Origin: Vicugna vicugna
Taxonomy: Eukaryota
Reading direction: 5' to 3'
NCBI GenBank assembly: GCA_013265495.1
Contig: MU058384.1
Coordinates: 2,827,010 to 2,891,009 of the forward strand
DNA: 64,000 nt
The first letter of the stretch is position 1. The number at the start of each line of letters is the position of its first letter. A program made the position numbers and the translations under genes. The notes beneath the pieces are model-generated. The model did no database searches. It had not been told where the DNA came from and saw nothing but the letters and a program-made list of their open reading frames with translations. Positions 49,491 to 63,295 of this stretch are shown in pieces.

Positions 49491-50884
49491 GTTGCCTGCT
49501 TTAGGAACCACTTCTAAAGATGTCATCCTATCTCTTGCCCCAACTCTTCCTGTGTACAAAACCGGTAAAACCTCCAGTATAGTGACAACTTAAACTCCCC
49601 CTCTAATTCTCGCTCCTCTGATTGTTAAATACATTTTTCACAGGACTGTATATATATACTTAGGAAACCACTAGAATTATCCACAAGGTCCAAGTAAAGA
49701 ACTAAATTGGCGAAACTGGCACTGATACTTTGAGACAGATGCCCTGACCGTGGTCTTTCTTAAATCCTGGTGTGTTCACTTAGTATTCTCTTAGTGCAAC
49801 AAATTCTTAAGCACTGCACTGGTGACAGGGAATGCAGCAAGGACAAAGAAGGGAAAAGTATACTAAGGGAAAAACGACCCAATTATTACATTAAATCTCA
49901 AATATGGCTTTCAATTCCTCTGGGGTCATCCTCAATCCCCAATAGCATACATACTCAAGAAATGCATTTCACGATCTTCTGACCTGATGTATACACATAT
50001 CTTTTTTTGTCAGGATATCTAACAGGCAATTAAGAGTACTCCACATTGACAATAGGGGGGTCATTATATGAGTTCACTAAGAATCCACGTGACTTTATAC
50101 TGAACTGAGTGTCTCTATAGGTCAGAACTGGTCTATGACAGGGTCAGGTCAAATCCATCACAAGACCATCATTTGCATACACCAATAGAATGATGAGCAC
50201 ATTAGTAGGGGAACAATATTGTCAAGTAGAAGGATTTCAAAGCATTACAGAACACAATGCAGTCCTTTTTTCAAGAAGCCTTTCTCTGATTTGGGCCATC
50301 ACTCACACTAAACAAAAAGTCAAAGGGGGCACTGGGAATATAAATGCTAAGGAGGGGCGTTGAAGGAGATCATAAAGTTAGATGCGCTTGATCAAATAAG
50401 TCTTCCATCAAGAGGTACATTTTCTTCAATTATACTGATGGACAAGACTTATTTTTGATATAGTTCCATTTGATTTCCAAGAGTTTGATTAAGAGAGAGT
50501 TAAAAGTGATGGTGGATACAGAAGGTGGACAAAATAGGAAGCAGTTGTGCTTGCAGGACTGATTCGTTAGGATGGCCTCAGGGCCGGCCCATGCAGAATC
50601 TCTAAAAAGGAAATGAATTTAAATGAAAAGAATGGCCACCAAAGAAGAAGGGCTTAAGCGGCAGGAGAGAGCAATTTGGCTCTGCAATTCTGTTGTTTCC
50701 CTAACATATTCCCTGACTGTCCTCCTGCCAAGGGACCTGTTTTGTAGCCTAAAGGTGCTTCCCCAGCACAAATGAGCAGCAAAGATGCCAAAAAGGAGTG
50801 CAGCTTTAGCCATCAATCCTCACTTTCATTCATTTCCTAAATCTGCTTATTCTTCTGTTTGACTTGATGGGAGGTGTGGGTTGT

Positions 50885-51195
50885 TTTTTCCATTGAAGTA
50901 TGGCTGATTTATAACATTGTGTTAGTTTCTGGTGTACAGCAAAGTGACTCAGTTATACATAGATATATTCTTTTTCATATTCTTTTCCCTTATGGTTTAT
51001 TACAGGATATTGACTATAGTTCCCTGTGCTATACAGTAGGTCCTTGTTGTTTATCTGTTTTATATATAGTAGTTTGTACCTGCTAATCCCAAACTTCTTA
51101 TTTATCCCTCTCCCATCTCCTTGCCCCTTTGGTAACCATAAGTTTCTTTTCTATGTCTGTGAGTCTGTTTTTGTTCTGTGAATAAGTTCATTTGT
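50885..51195 (-). mobile_element. Short L1 3' end followed by (TG)n
   Basis: Antisense L1 3' UTR 'attgaagtat...tagtttctggtgtacagcaaagtga...ctttggtaaccataagttt'. Confidence 0.9.
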
Positions 51196-52134
51196 GTGTG
51201 TGTGTGTGTGTGTGTTTAATGAAGAACAACCTGGTGAGAGATTGTGACCGACTGAAGCTACAGAGCAACTTACTCTACGGATGGAGTACCTGGTCTGGGT
51301 GAATCGGCTGCAACCAGCTGAAGGTCATATGGCCAAATGGGATGTTTCAGACTCTTTGCTGCATTTCAATTCAATCATTATTTGTCCAGGGTCTATGCAA
51401 AGGGGCCACTCTAACCTGGAGGTTAGGCTGGGCTCAGGGCTTATGAGGTGAATACAGCATGCTTGCACTGAGGGGTGCATGGTGGTGCCTGTAAAGTACA
51501 ATGACTGGCAATAAAAAAGGTGGAAATTATGAGAACACAGTGTGGGGCATGCAGCCCAGTTTCCAAACCTTCCGTCTTGAAACCCTTGGAGGATCGAGGA
51601 AGACTTCTTAGTGGGCAGTAAGCATTGAGTGCCCATAAAGAACACTCTCTAAGAATGAAAACAACTGAGCTTTTGTTGATTTATAAGAAAAGAAAATCAG
51701 AATAAAACATTGTCTGTTGCTAAACAGAATAATATTGGGGTAGAGGGAGATTTTAAAGAAGTTAGAGAATTTGTGGTTACACGACTTAACTGACGAAAGC
51801 AATAGGTAATCCTCCAATGACTTGTTCAGAGCTGCTGCAAGACTAGCTGTAGCCACATTATACTTGGAGCCAGGAGTTTTAAAGGTGGTAGATGCCAGGG
51901 AAGAGGCAAGGGGCCTAGAAAACCTATTAGGTAAGTAATACTCCCGGGAAAACACAGGGTGGGTATTATAAGAAAATAATGTTTAAAAAATTCCTATGGA
52001 TGTGCTGGCTTTTATTTTAATAGGTGGATAGTCCATAGGCTTGTGTTCCTATGAAAGGAATAGACTTTGGAAATCGTGCTTGAAGGCAGGAGGGAGGACA
52101 GGAGGACAGAAAGGGACTCTAGCCAAGAGAGGGC

Positions 52135-52600
52135 TGTGAGATGAAGTCTCTGTCATTTGGTTCCCCAGAGCCATTCTCAGCCTTCTTCTCCCCTTTCTCT
52201 TTGCATCATGGCAGCTGAACAGCCACAGAATCTCTTTCTCACAGTCTCTTGGAACTGAGAGTGGCCATTTGACCCATTTCCAATGAAGAAGGCAGTAAGT
52301 AGACTTGTACAGGGACTTTTGGGAAAGATAGTTTTCTTTCTGCTTAAAAGGACAGAAACTTTCCCTCCTCACTCCCCACCAGCTTGAGATGCTGAACTGA
52401 GGACAAATTCTTACAACCATGAAGAAAAACCACAAGGACAAAGATGACACCTTGCGGTTGGCTTAACAGAAAGACATGTAGCTTGGGAACGTGGAGGTCA
52501 TTGAGTCACTTAGTGAACCATGGGCATGCCTAGCTCTTACAAACAGTAACCTGAAATCATGGGTTTTCCTGTATCTACCATTACAAGCATTCTTAATTCC
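52135..52600 (+). mobile_element. MaLR LTR (MLT1K/L-like)
   Basis: 'cagccttcttctccc...cagtctcttggaactgagagtggccatttgacc'. Confidence 0.6.
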
Positions 52601-54364
52601 TATGGAAGGATTAAGAAAGATATCTGCTAATGGAGACTTAATTTTCTCACCTTGACCCTGTCTCTAAACACTTACCTTCTCTTTTACCACTTGAACTGAG
52701 GTAGCTAGATGGACGCTATATAAAAGATACCTAAGTATATGTTAGTGCTGTGTGAAAGGAGAGCAATAGCTAATGTTCATTTCTAACTTGTGAATGCATA
52801 GACATTGTTAAAGAAGAGAAGAATTGAGGAAAATTGAACTGTAAGGCAACAGAGCACTGAGGAAAGTTACAGCATCTCCATCTATGACGTCCTGAGTGAC
52901 TGCGGTCTAGTTTAAGAGCTGGCGGTTGAATTGCCTTTTCTTTTGAGACCCGCTTGCACTACAAGCATAGGAGGACATGTGGAAATGTGAAGGTCATGTC
53001 TTGGTGTCCTGCATTTTGCCCCATCTTTCTGTCTGAGGTGAGCCCCAAGCATTGGTGTTGCACGTACCACGTCTTCAAGTCTCCTTCTTTCCCGTTGATT
53101 TATCACTCGACCCTGCCCGCCCCTCCCAGGGATCTCCTCTCTGCCCTTCCTCTGTTCCTCCCCTTGTACTCTCCTGCTCTCTCGCCTGGTTTTACTCACA
53201 CCTTCTCTATTTCCCCTCATTTTTGCCCTTTACATTTTGTTGTGCCCTCTCTCCTGCCCTTTCCTTCCCCCATCATCCCTGTACCTTCTCCCTTCCTTCC
53301 TTGTTGAAGGGAAATGAGAAATTTTATAAACTACGAAATTACACTTTTTGAAGATCCTCATGATTTATCAAGCCGATCTCTGGGCTGAAATGTGTGTTCC
53401 AAACACTGTGATGAAATGATGAAATTCTTACACTATCTAATCTAAAAGAAACCACCATGAGTTAACTTTCTAGACTTTAAAATCGTGTTTTGCTCCAAAA
53501 GGAGAGAGTCTTTCATGTCTGCTTCATGAGCATTCTCTCTTCAGCTCCATTGTTTTCCTTTCCTAACTCCATTCCCCTGTGCAGAGGCCATTTTGATGAC
53601 GGGAGTGGTGGAGGGCAGAATATACACACTGATGACCGGGGCTGACACCGCAGACCAGTTCCCTTTGAATCTCAGGATAGGGTTCAGAGATGGGCATCTA
53701 AAAGAGCTCCCTTAGTGATTTCAGTGTGTAGCCAGAGATGAGAACTAACATAGCAGAGCAAGCATTGTCCATGTAACACTACCCATTAAAACTGGGTAAG
53801 TTAAAGTTGGGCTGGGGATAGAAGAAAACCCCTCTTTGAGCTGAGAATGGTAAAATAAAGCAGAAAATAAAAGTCTCCTCATGAGGGCATCAGGACTTCC
53901 CAAAAGGGTAAGAGGAGGCTGAAATGACAGTGTGTGGGCGCTGCCCACGTTCAAGGGTATGCCCGATGTTAAAATTGTTTCCAAAAACCCCCGTGTAACC
54001 ACAGACAGCGCTGGGCTTGTCATACTTATATTTAGAAACAAAGCAATAAAGACATGAAGGAATTCCATCAGACGTGATAAAATTAAAATAAAAAGCTTCT
54101 CTCAACCTTAGAAAGAAAAATAACATTTTATACTCTAGTCATGTTGTAGAAACGTGACTGGAAAAAACACTTTTTTTTTTTTAACTCAGTGGGAGCAAGC
54201 ACACCAATTTCTAGGGTGGGTAATTTTGCAATTTCCCAGGTAGTTTTAGTGAAAATTTTAGGAAGTTTTTTGGTTCCATTTAATGATTCAAGTTCAGAGT
54301 CTTGAAGTGTGTGTGTATGTGTGTGTGTGTGAAAGAGAGAAAGAGAGAGGATTACAGAATGGGT

Positions 54365-57165
54365 CAGACATACTGTTAGTGACGGTTCATAATAGAGCAA
54401 AATCTCTGGAAGGCAATTTGGCAATACTATTTCTTAAAAAATATAGAATTTTGCGTTCTACTCCTAGGAATTTTTCCAGAGGAAATCTTCATGGAATGGT
54501 AAAAAGTTACAGCTATTTATAGTAGCAAAACATTAAACACAGTATGTATGTAATAGAATAATTAATTTTAACATACATACATATATAAATTTCATGTACA
54601 ATGGAATATACTGTGCTTTCATCAACAGGAATGTTGCAGAGGAATTTTCAGTAATGTGAAAAAATGGCTACATGTATTGTTTGTGAAAAATACCAGGTTA
54701 TATAACTGCATGTATGATATTACTTCATTTGTGTTACAAATATGTATTTCTCATTAGAAAAAGGACCAAATGAGTAGAACATCAAAATGTTTACAAAAAA
54801 GCCAAGTCCTTGAAGAGAAAATTTCCTTGAAAAGGAGATAAAGAACTTCATTGGGATACACAGTAGGTTATTAAAATATTTATTGTTGACTTTTATTAAA
54901 TTGTGTGGTAGGATTATGGATATTTTGATTTTCTTGTTAGGTCTGTTTTCTACATTTTTCTCGTCTAATAGATATTACCTAAAAATGAGAAAAACATCAA
55001 AATTTATGCCATAGAAAATGTATGTTTATGAACAAATTATGAAATAAATACACAAAAGAATTTAATTTTAAGTGGTAAAATAACAGAATAATGGACACTT
55101 TTTATTCTTTAATGTATCTTTACACATATGCTCAGGCACACACATGTACACATACAACTTAAAAGTCACACTTTTGATGATGTAATTGTTTTCATAGAGA
55201 ACCCCAGAGAATCTATAGACAATTTATTTAAACAGAAAATCTACATAAAAATCAATTGTATTTTTATGCAACAGTAAACAAGTTAGAAAAGTAGCCAAAT
55301 TTTAAAAAAGACAGTAGTCACAAAAGCAATAAAAAAAATAAGGTAATTGGAAATACCATTTTCAACAGAAAAGCATGAACGTAATGGAGAAATGTTGGAA
55401 CATTTTATTTTTTAAATTTTTTATTGAGGTATAGTTGATTCACAACAGTTTCTGATTTACAGCAAAGCAATTCAGTTATACGTATATATATTTTCTCTAT
55501 CATTTTCTTTTCCATTGTGGTTTTTTACAGGGTATTGAATATAGCTCCTTTTACAGGATATTGAATAGGCTATATAATTTGTTTTCCTCTCTGGCTTGTA
55601 AAGATTTGTTTGTTTGTTTATTTTATTGATGTATAGTCAGTTTACAATGTTGTGTCAATTTCTGGTGTACAGCATACTGTTTCAGTCATACATATACATA
55701 CATATATGTTTTCATATTCTTTTTCATTATAGGTTACTACAAGATACTGAATATAGTTCTCTGGGCTCTACAGATGAAATTTGGTTTTTATGTATTTTAT
55801 ATATAGTGATTAGTATTTGCACATCTCACAACATTTTAATTATTGAGTCCAGGTGGTCTTACTTCAGACACTGGCTCCCTTGAACTCATGGGAAAAAAAA
55901 GTCCTCACTCTTCTCTACCATATCCCCCATACAATTTCAGAGATGTTCATGATGTAAGTATGGGGAAAAAAGCTTTAAAAATGTTTAGATGAAAATATAG
56001 GATGACACGACATCTGGGAAGGAAAAGATTTTGTGAGTAAGATTTTTGCTGATAAAGGGAAGAAAAATTAAATTTGACAACATTACAACTAAGACTTTCT
56101 CTTTGTGAAAATCCAGCCAAAAATTTGGAGATGATATTTGCAACATATATGTTTAACAAAAAAATAGTACTAAAAACATATAAAGGCAGCCAACACATGA
56201 ATAAGAAAATGGCAAACAGAACAATAGAAAAACGATAGGGAAATGAACAAAACATACGAGCAGACTTGTCACAGTAGTGCAAACTCAAATGATTAATAAG
56301 TATATGAAAAGAATTTCAAGCTCATTAGTAATCAGGAAAGCTTATACCAAATTCAGAATTAGATATTATTTCATACCTCCCAGGCTGGCAAAAATCAAAA
56401 GCTCTTTTAACAACCTCAAGCATTGATGAGATTGTAGGCCAATGGAATATCCAAAATACTATGAGTATAAATGTAAAATTTTTTCAAAATATTGAAAAAT
56501 CCGTGGCCTCATCTTGTAAGATTGAACATTCACATACCTTTCAACCTGTCAGTTTTATTCATGTATATACATATATGGCACGTGTGTACACAGGAGACTT
56601 GGACAAGAATGGTTACTTATTTATTTTTCATAACAGCAAACCCCAGAAACCCAGATGCAGATAAACGAGAGAGACTAGATACATAAATGGAGTATGTTCA
56701 TTCAGCTGAATACTATGCAGCAGTGAAAATGAAGAACCACACACCATTCTTATCAACGAAGATTGTTTTGAAAGAAAAGAGCAAGTCACAAAAGACTAAT
56801 TTGATAAAGTTCAAATCCAAGCCAAATAAAGCAATGCATTGTTTTTTTGGGGATAAATTCCTGTGTGGTAAATTGGGAAGAAAAACAGAAGAATCATAAA
56901 CTCATAACCAAAAAAGCACAATGCTTTTCTCAAGAAGTCTACTTTCTAACTAGGGAGATGGCTCAATCCCAGGCACTAAAGCATCAGACTTTGAAATGAT
57001 GAAGAAAAATAGGATTGGAGAAGGGTGCATGAGACTTCAAAAGTGTTGCTAATGTTTGATTTCTTAAGAGCAGTGGTAAGTATATACAAGTATCCATTTT
57101 ATTATTATTCTTTAGATCTTATATATGTGTTATAAATATAATTTTTGTATTAAATATTTATTTAC
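54365..57165 (+). mobile_element. Cluster of ancient L1ME/L1MC fragments, interrupted by two short antisense L1 3' ends (~55405-55565, ~55615-55825)
   Basis: A-rich L1 text ('ctggaaggcaatttggcaata', 'ctcattagtaatcagg', 'gaatactatgcagcagtgaaaatgaa'). Confidence 0.75.
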
Positions 57166-58143
57166 ATTTTTTTGTTAAAGAGTACAAAACATTGAAAATG
57201 AGAGAAAACTTTATTAGTTAGTTTGATGTTCCTCTTAGTGTAGCATTTCTTTTTTGAGATAGAAAAGCTATATTTTTAGATTTGGCTATGTGACATTCCT
57301 GAGCCAAATGGGGATAATACTTAACTCATAATGTACTGTTAATATTAAGTTAGTTTTTTTTTAAAGCCCGGCTCATGGAGTGCTATGTAGTAAGTATGCA
57401 ATATATGTGGTTTTATTCATTTTTATTTTTTTATTTATTATTAAAATCTCATACTATAATATGGGAAAGTTCTTTAAAAAGAAACAAAAATAGAAATTAC
57501 AATCAGTCTTTTGAAATAAAATATACTGAGGTTTTATAATAAATTAGTGCTGCATTATTTATATTGATCTCAAATTTGAGGAATATGTTTCATCCAAATA
57601 ATTCAAAATAATTGCAGCACATCATCTTAACTTTCTCACAGGTTATTTTGTAAGGGACATTTATTGACACATCATTTGCATTTTGTCCATCATTTTAGGC
57701 TTGATTACTTCTTAGTGACTGTGGGTCTTCAGACAGCAGGCACTGAAGATCAGATGGGCTGGGAAGTGCTGCCTTAAATCACACACAGAAATGATGTCAT
57801 TCAGGTGGAGGGCAGCACAGAAGAACCTAACCTCCGCAGAAGCGGTCCTTGCCTGCCTTGTGTAATTTAAAACGGCATTTACCAGCTAAGTCTGCTCAGA
57901 CCTGTCGCCTTCAGCCTCCTCTTTGAACTTCATCTCACTTTTCTACTTTGTCTTCTTTTGATGAGATGTGAACATTAATATGAATGATCTTCAGCAATTA
58001 TTTTAAGTTTTTTTAAATTGAAGTATAGTCACATTGTGTCAATTTTTGGCATACAGCATAATATTTCAGTCATACATATACATACATATATTCCTTTTCA
58101 TATCACGAATGTAATTTAACATTTCACTGGCATTTTGACCCAA

Positions 58144-58256
58144 TTTATTTTATTTTTTAAAATTATTTATTTATTTTATGGAGGTATTGGGGATTGAACC
58201 CAGGACCTTGCCCATGCTAATCACATGCTCTATGGCTGAGCTATACTCCCACACCC
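58144..58256 (-). mobile_element. tRNA-derived camelid SINE (Vic-type)
   Basis: 'atggaggtattggggattgaacccaggacc...catgcta...ctgagctatac'. Confidence 0.85.
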
Positions 58257-61129
58257 TGATAAAGGTTTTTTTAACAGCCTCAGAGAGGTGGGCTTGGGGT
58301 AGCTTCCACTGACAAAAGTCAGCTATTTAAACAACAAAAAAAAGTTACACTGCTAAAATTTCTGAAGCAAAAGGACACAGAATTTCCTCCAATTGCAAGG
58401 AACCAAGACAAATGTCACATTTCCTGGCTGCCCACTCGACTCACCACACCCCCTCCCCCAGCTCCCCTTTAGCCACAGAAAAAGAAATCACAGTAGTGAA
58501 TTAATAATTCTGTGAGACAGACTTTCCTTCCCTCAGTGTGATTCAGCCCCGCAGCCTGGAGGAGGGGTAGGTAGCAAGTTCTTTAACTCTGCCCGCTCTG
58601 GACTGGCTTTCAGTATTAGACATTCGGAGTTTTTGAAAATTAACACTGGAACAAAAGTGACTGTCATACTCCATGTCCCCTTCACCCGCCCTCGGTCAAA
58701 ACTTTATTCAGGTTTCTTTAAGTTCGCTTACAAAAAGAAAAAAAAGAAAAAGAAAGAATGGGAAACACTATCTAGAAACGTAGAAATCAAACCAACATTA
58801 AAAGCTTCTTGTAGCAATTGCCACCACCTCTGATTGATTTTACTACAAACTAAAGAAAAAAGGTGTTTTACCATAAATGACACTCCTTCAACTCTGTAAT
58901 CAGCCTCCTTCCCCTCTCTTTCCAGCATATCTATCTAATCATGCATGACTGCAGCAAGGTGATGCAATAGTTTCAACGTAACTGCCTTATCTAGGCTTGG
59001 AATGAGAAACCTCTGGTGATTGAGTGAGAGTTTTTCCACTGTGGCCTTGCAGGGGTATCGGTGGCACCTGAGCCTTCTGGGAAGTGCCCCCCAGTAATCC
59101 ACAGACTGGATGGGAACCCCAGGGCCCTGGGCTGACTTCCCTGCCCTACACATTTCTAAGATGAGTCTAATAATAAATTCAGTTTCCAGTCCCCCATCTG
59201 CTTTCTGGGTTTTCAAAACCTGAAAAACTAACCTAAAGCAACATACTGGTCCAGAGGGACATCCTGTTTACCTGGAGTGGGGCTGAGGGCTCTCAGATGT
59301 TTTATTGACTCTAATTTTTCAGACCTCCACCGACATTCTTAGGATGGTATCCATTGGAGATCTGTTTCTAGTGGGGGATCTTCTCACCTACAGAGCTTCT
59401 CACCTAATCTTCCAGACCACCAGAGTAAAGTCAACACGTTGTCCTCAAACCTCACAGGACACCCTAACCTGGGGAGGGTAAATTACTGTGTTGATAACAC
59501 AGCTGCATAGACAATTATATAGGATGGTTGTCCATCTGAGCAGAGAATGACAGAATCCTCAAAATGCAACCCTCTGGGACCACTTGAAATTTACATTATT
59601 GTTCTCCAGCCTATAGTAGAACACTCTAGAAAGTGCCCAAAACTACTCACTCACAAAGGAGTAAAGGAACCCCAGCTATGACTTGGGGCTGAAAGATGTT
59701 TGGACAACTGCCCTCCTCTGAGGAGAAGAGCTTGGGCCTTGGGGCTCAGAGCCGCCATGAGAGGTCATCTCACCCCCTTCTTACTTCCTCTGGACAACCC
59801 CTGCATTGGATTTTGACATCACAAATCAACACGGTCCCATCAATCACACTGTGAATTACTTGAATACAGCCTCTGCTTTCCAGTTATGAGTATGTTCCCA
59901 CTGTTAAAAAGTTGACCTCAACCTTTTCTTGACAATGTTAATATTTACTTGACGGAGAAAACTGAGATTTGACCTTTGTGTATTTGATTTTTTTCCCAGC
60001 CTTCCCCAGAACTGGGGTAAATGAACAAAAAATTCTTATGATTTATTATTTCACTTAAAAATAGTAACTCTACTAGACTTGGTTGATATTTATGACTTCA
60101 GTGCCTTTTATGAAGGCATTTTTATGTGACTTTTATGTATGATGGTAACAGGGGGCACTTTTGTTTTGTTGAATACACACACAGAGAAAATTGTGATCAT
60201 AGCAGCAAGTACTATTTATCTACTTTTTCATTACCTCCTTAGCATCTTCCCAGGTTTTCTTCCGAAACAGAAATTTTAGTAATGGGGTATTAATCTAATT
60301 ATTAAAATGAATCCTCATTAAACTCCTTCTGAATTCTAAAGTGGAATTGTCATTGTTTTTTAGGTGAGTAGTTAATGTTTAAAAACACAGTACAAAAATA
60401 TATCAATGTATATTTTTACCTCCTGTTAAATTTCAGGAACCTGCCAGTTCTAGTCTGGACCCAGCGGTCCTGATCAAGCCCGGAAACAGGGGCTCCAGTT
60501 CCAACCATAGGTGCGACCTTGAATTTCTGTTGGAGCTAAGCCACTGTGCCTGGGTGGGCTTCCCCGTCTTCAGCCCACTGAGCTGTGTGCCTTCTCCTCC
60601 TTCTTGCCTGCACTGGTCATTGTTGCCTGCAGTTGCTCAGCCCTTGTCATTGGGCAGCTCATCCTGATTAGTACTGGTATTTGCCAGAAGGGCCTGGAGC
60701 CAGGCTAGGAACTGGACTCGGCTTCTCTGGGGCCTTGACAACATGCTCTCCTACAGCCAGATATTTATTCATTTATTCTTTAGTCAGTTGGCCAGGTCAG
60801 TAAAAGTATATGGCTTGCTTACTCTGTGCCAAGCTACCATGAGAAGGATGCTGCTGCCTGGACTTTGATCTGCTGTCGTGTTATCATTCCAAACAGATAG
60901 ACCCCAGTCATCCCTGCCAAGTGCCTGAATCTGACAATCATCACTGCTTGGACAGTTCTGTTTTGCCCCAAATCAAACCTCTCAGCTATTGACACTATCT
61001 CAAATTTACTATATTCCTTTGGACGCTGTAACCGGCCATCCATCTTAGGACCTATTTCTATAGTCACGTTGGTCCCCCATCAATTCTGGCTTCCTTTCCT
61101 ATCCAAGTTTACAAAAATATCTTCACATT

Positions 61130-61320
61130 TATTTTCCCATTCTAGTTTTAAATCTTAAAATAACTCTGTGAGGTAGGAGGAAAGGCTTGTAAAATGTTTG
61201 TTTCATTGAAGAGGAAATTAGCTTTAGGAAGTGAAATGACTTCTTTATATTTACACAGTGAGTGAATGGTCTCTTTAGGAACACAGACCTTTTGTCTTAC
61301 TGCAGTGTTCCTTCCACCTG
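61130..61320 (-). mobile_element. MIR SINE fragment
   Basis: 'aataactctgtgaggtagg...gaggaaattagctttaggaagtgaaatgactt'. Confidence 0.6.
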
Positions 61321-62599
61321 ACAGGGGTGGCGGTGACTAACCTCCACTCTGAATTGACCTTATAATTTATCTCAGGAGGCAGTCAACTTTTCAGTGTGAA
61401 AGATTAATGTATTAAGCCTGCCAGGACAACATTTTAATTTTCAAATAATTATTCAAAAGGTATAAATATCAGAACCAGTACAGTTAGTAGGATAAAAACT
61501 GACGAAGGTGAAGGGCCTTTGAGAAATATCCCTTGACTCTCTCCTGGTCTCTTGTAACTAGGACCAGCCCCCATGTGAGAACATGGTTCTTACTAGGCAC
61601 AGATCCATCAAGAGGAAAGATCTGTACTGCATTTCTGCAGATCTGAGATGACTTGGCTATTTCAGAGTAGAGATGTTATCCCAACATATATAATGGACAG
61701 GGAACGTTAGTTGCTACCATCTTCGCTGGCGCTTCCAAGCTCTCTCTTCTCTGCAGGGGCTGAAGGACTGGAAATGACATTTCTCAGTCTTGCTAGCAAA
61801 GTTCTTGTTTAGAGTGCCCCTCTGAGAGGAACACAATACAGATCTAAAAGCCACAGACAAGGCGAAATCCTCAGGTGACAGCTGTAGGTAGGAGACACAG
61901 GCAGAATACAAATGAAATTCTTGCATTTTCCTACTTTTTGTAAGTCAATAGCGACTTTTTCTGAGCTTCTCTCCCCCAACAATCCTATCAGTTGTGTTAG
62001 CATTGCATTTCCTATATTAAATCTCTTCCGGCTTAGAATTCCCAGAGTGGTAATATTTCTCACCTGACCTAATTTTGACCAATTACAGCACTTTCCCCAG
62101 GGTGTTGTAATTTTGGTGTCCATCTGTGCTTCTTTCTCTGCATAGGTGCTCTTGGAGACATACAGCATGTCTTATTCATCTCTGTCTGCCACTGCTTGCA
62201 ATATGGAAGGCACTGTATTGTTAAATGATGTTAAAAGAGTACACAATACATTTGAGTTGGGAGAAGATGAGATATTTCAGAATAAGCCAAGAAATGTACA
62301 TTCGGAGTAGGGAAAAAAGGGAAATCTTCAAAGTGTTAATCTTGAACTCCAGGCTTATTTTGTATGGGTCAACTAGCTGGTTCACATTTAGAGCACTAAC
62401 TTGATTAAGAAATTCTATGCAATGAAAGTCTCTCTCTAACAAAGTAGGATCTCTTAAGAACTGACAAAAATATTTGTACATCCTGCAAATTAGCATCGAC
62501 AATCTTGTTAGGGTTCAACTCAGTGGTGACATGCCTTCTCACTGAGGTTCATTAGACCTCAAATACCATCTCAATATTTGCTTCCAAGAGAAGGTTCAA

Positions 62600-63295
62600 A
62601 CTGTTTTAGACATTGGGTTAAGAATTTGGGACAGAGAAAAAGAAAGTTTCCTTACTTTAAGAAAATCACATTGATGATAAACAAGTTAACCAACGGTGAC
62701 AGAAACAGTGACAGAAAGTACATAGAGCTTAATGGAAACACCGAAGAAAAGCAGCTAACTCAAACGGGAGAGTATGAGACAGAAGGTATTTCTTGGTGTA
62801 CGGGTACCTTGGGTTGAGTCGTGAGGGCTGCATAGGAGTTGGCTAGGGAATAAGGGTGGAAGGGGCAGGGACAGTGGCAATGGCAGGGGTAGCTCTGGGC
62901 TGTGGGCTCATGCCTGCTGGATTCTACAGGGGTGTGCACGTATGCAGAGAGCTGTGCATCCACACTACAAAGGGCCTTGTGGGCCACGCAAAGGAGCTAG
63001 GACTTACTTAAAAGCCCATAGAGGGCCACAAAAAAAGTCCTATGGTTCAGTGAAATTCTGTTCAGAGTTTAGGGACTATGAGTTTCATTCAAGTCCTTGA
63101 CCCTAAAATCTTCCTGCTCTAGAGTGTTCCACAAGCCCCAAGGTAGGGGGGCATGATTAGATGGCATTTATAAAGACCCCACTGGCTGCACCAGGATGGT
63201 GCAGCAAGGGTCATAATTGAGAGCAAGAGGACCAGCTACCAAGCTGTGCAACGGTCCAGGTGAGAATCAATCTGGTTGATGAGCGTGGGAGCCTA
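62600..63295 (-). mobile_element. L2 LINE fragments
   Basis: 'agggccttgtgggccacgcaaaggagctaggactt', 'gcatgattagatggcattttataaagacccactggctgc'. Confidence 0.6.

Noticed and set aside
53594..53645. Box C/D snoRNA-like motifs (TGATGA...CTGATGA...CTGA)
   Set aside because: Only ~52 nt, the internal boxes overlap, and there is no terminal stem.
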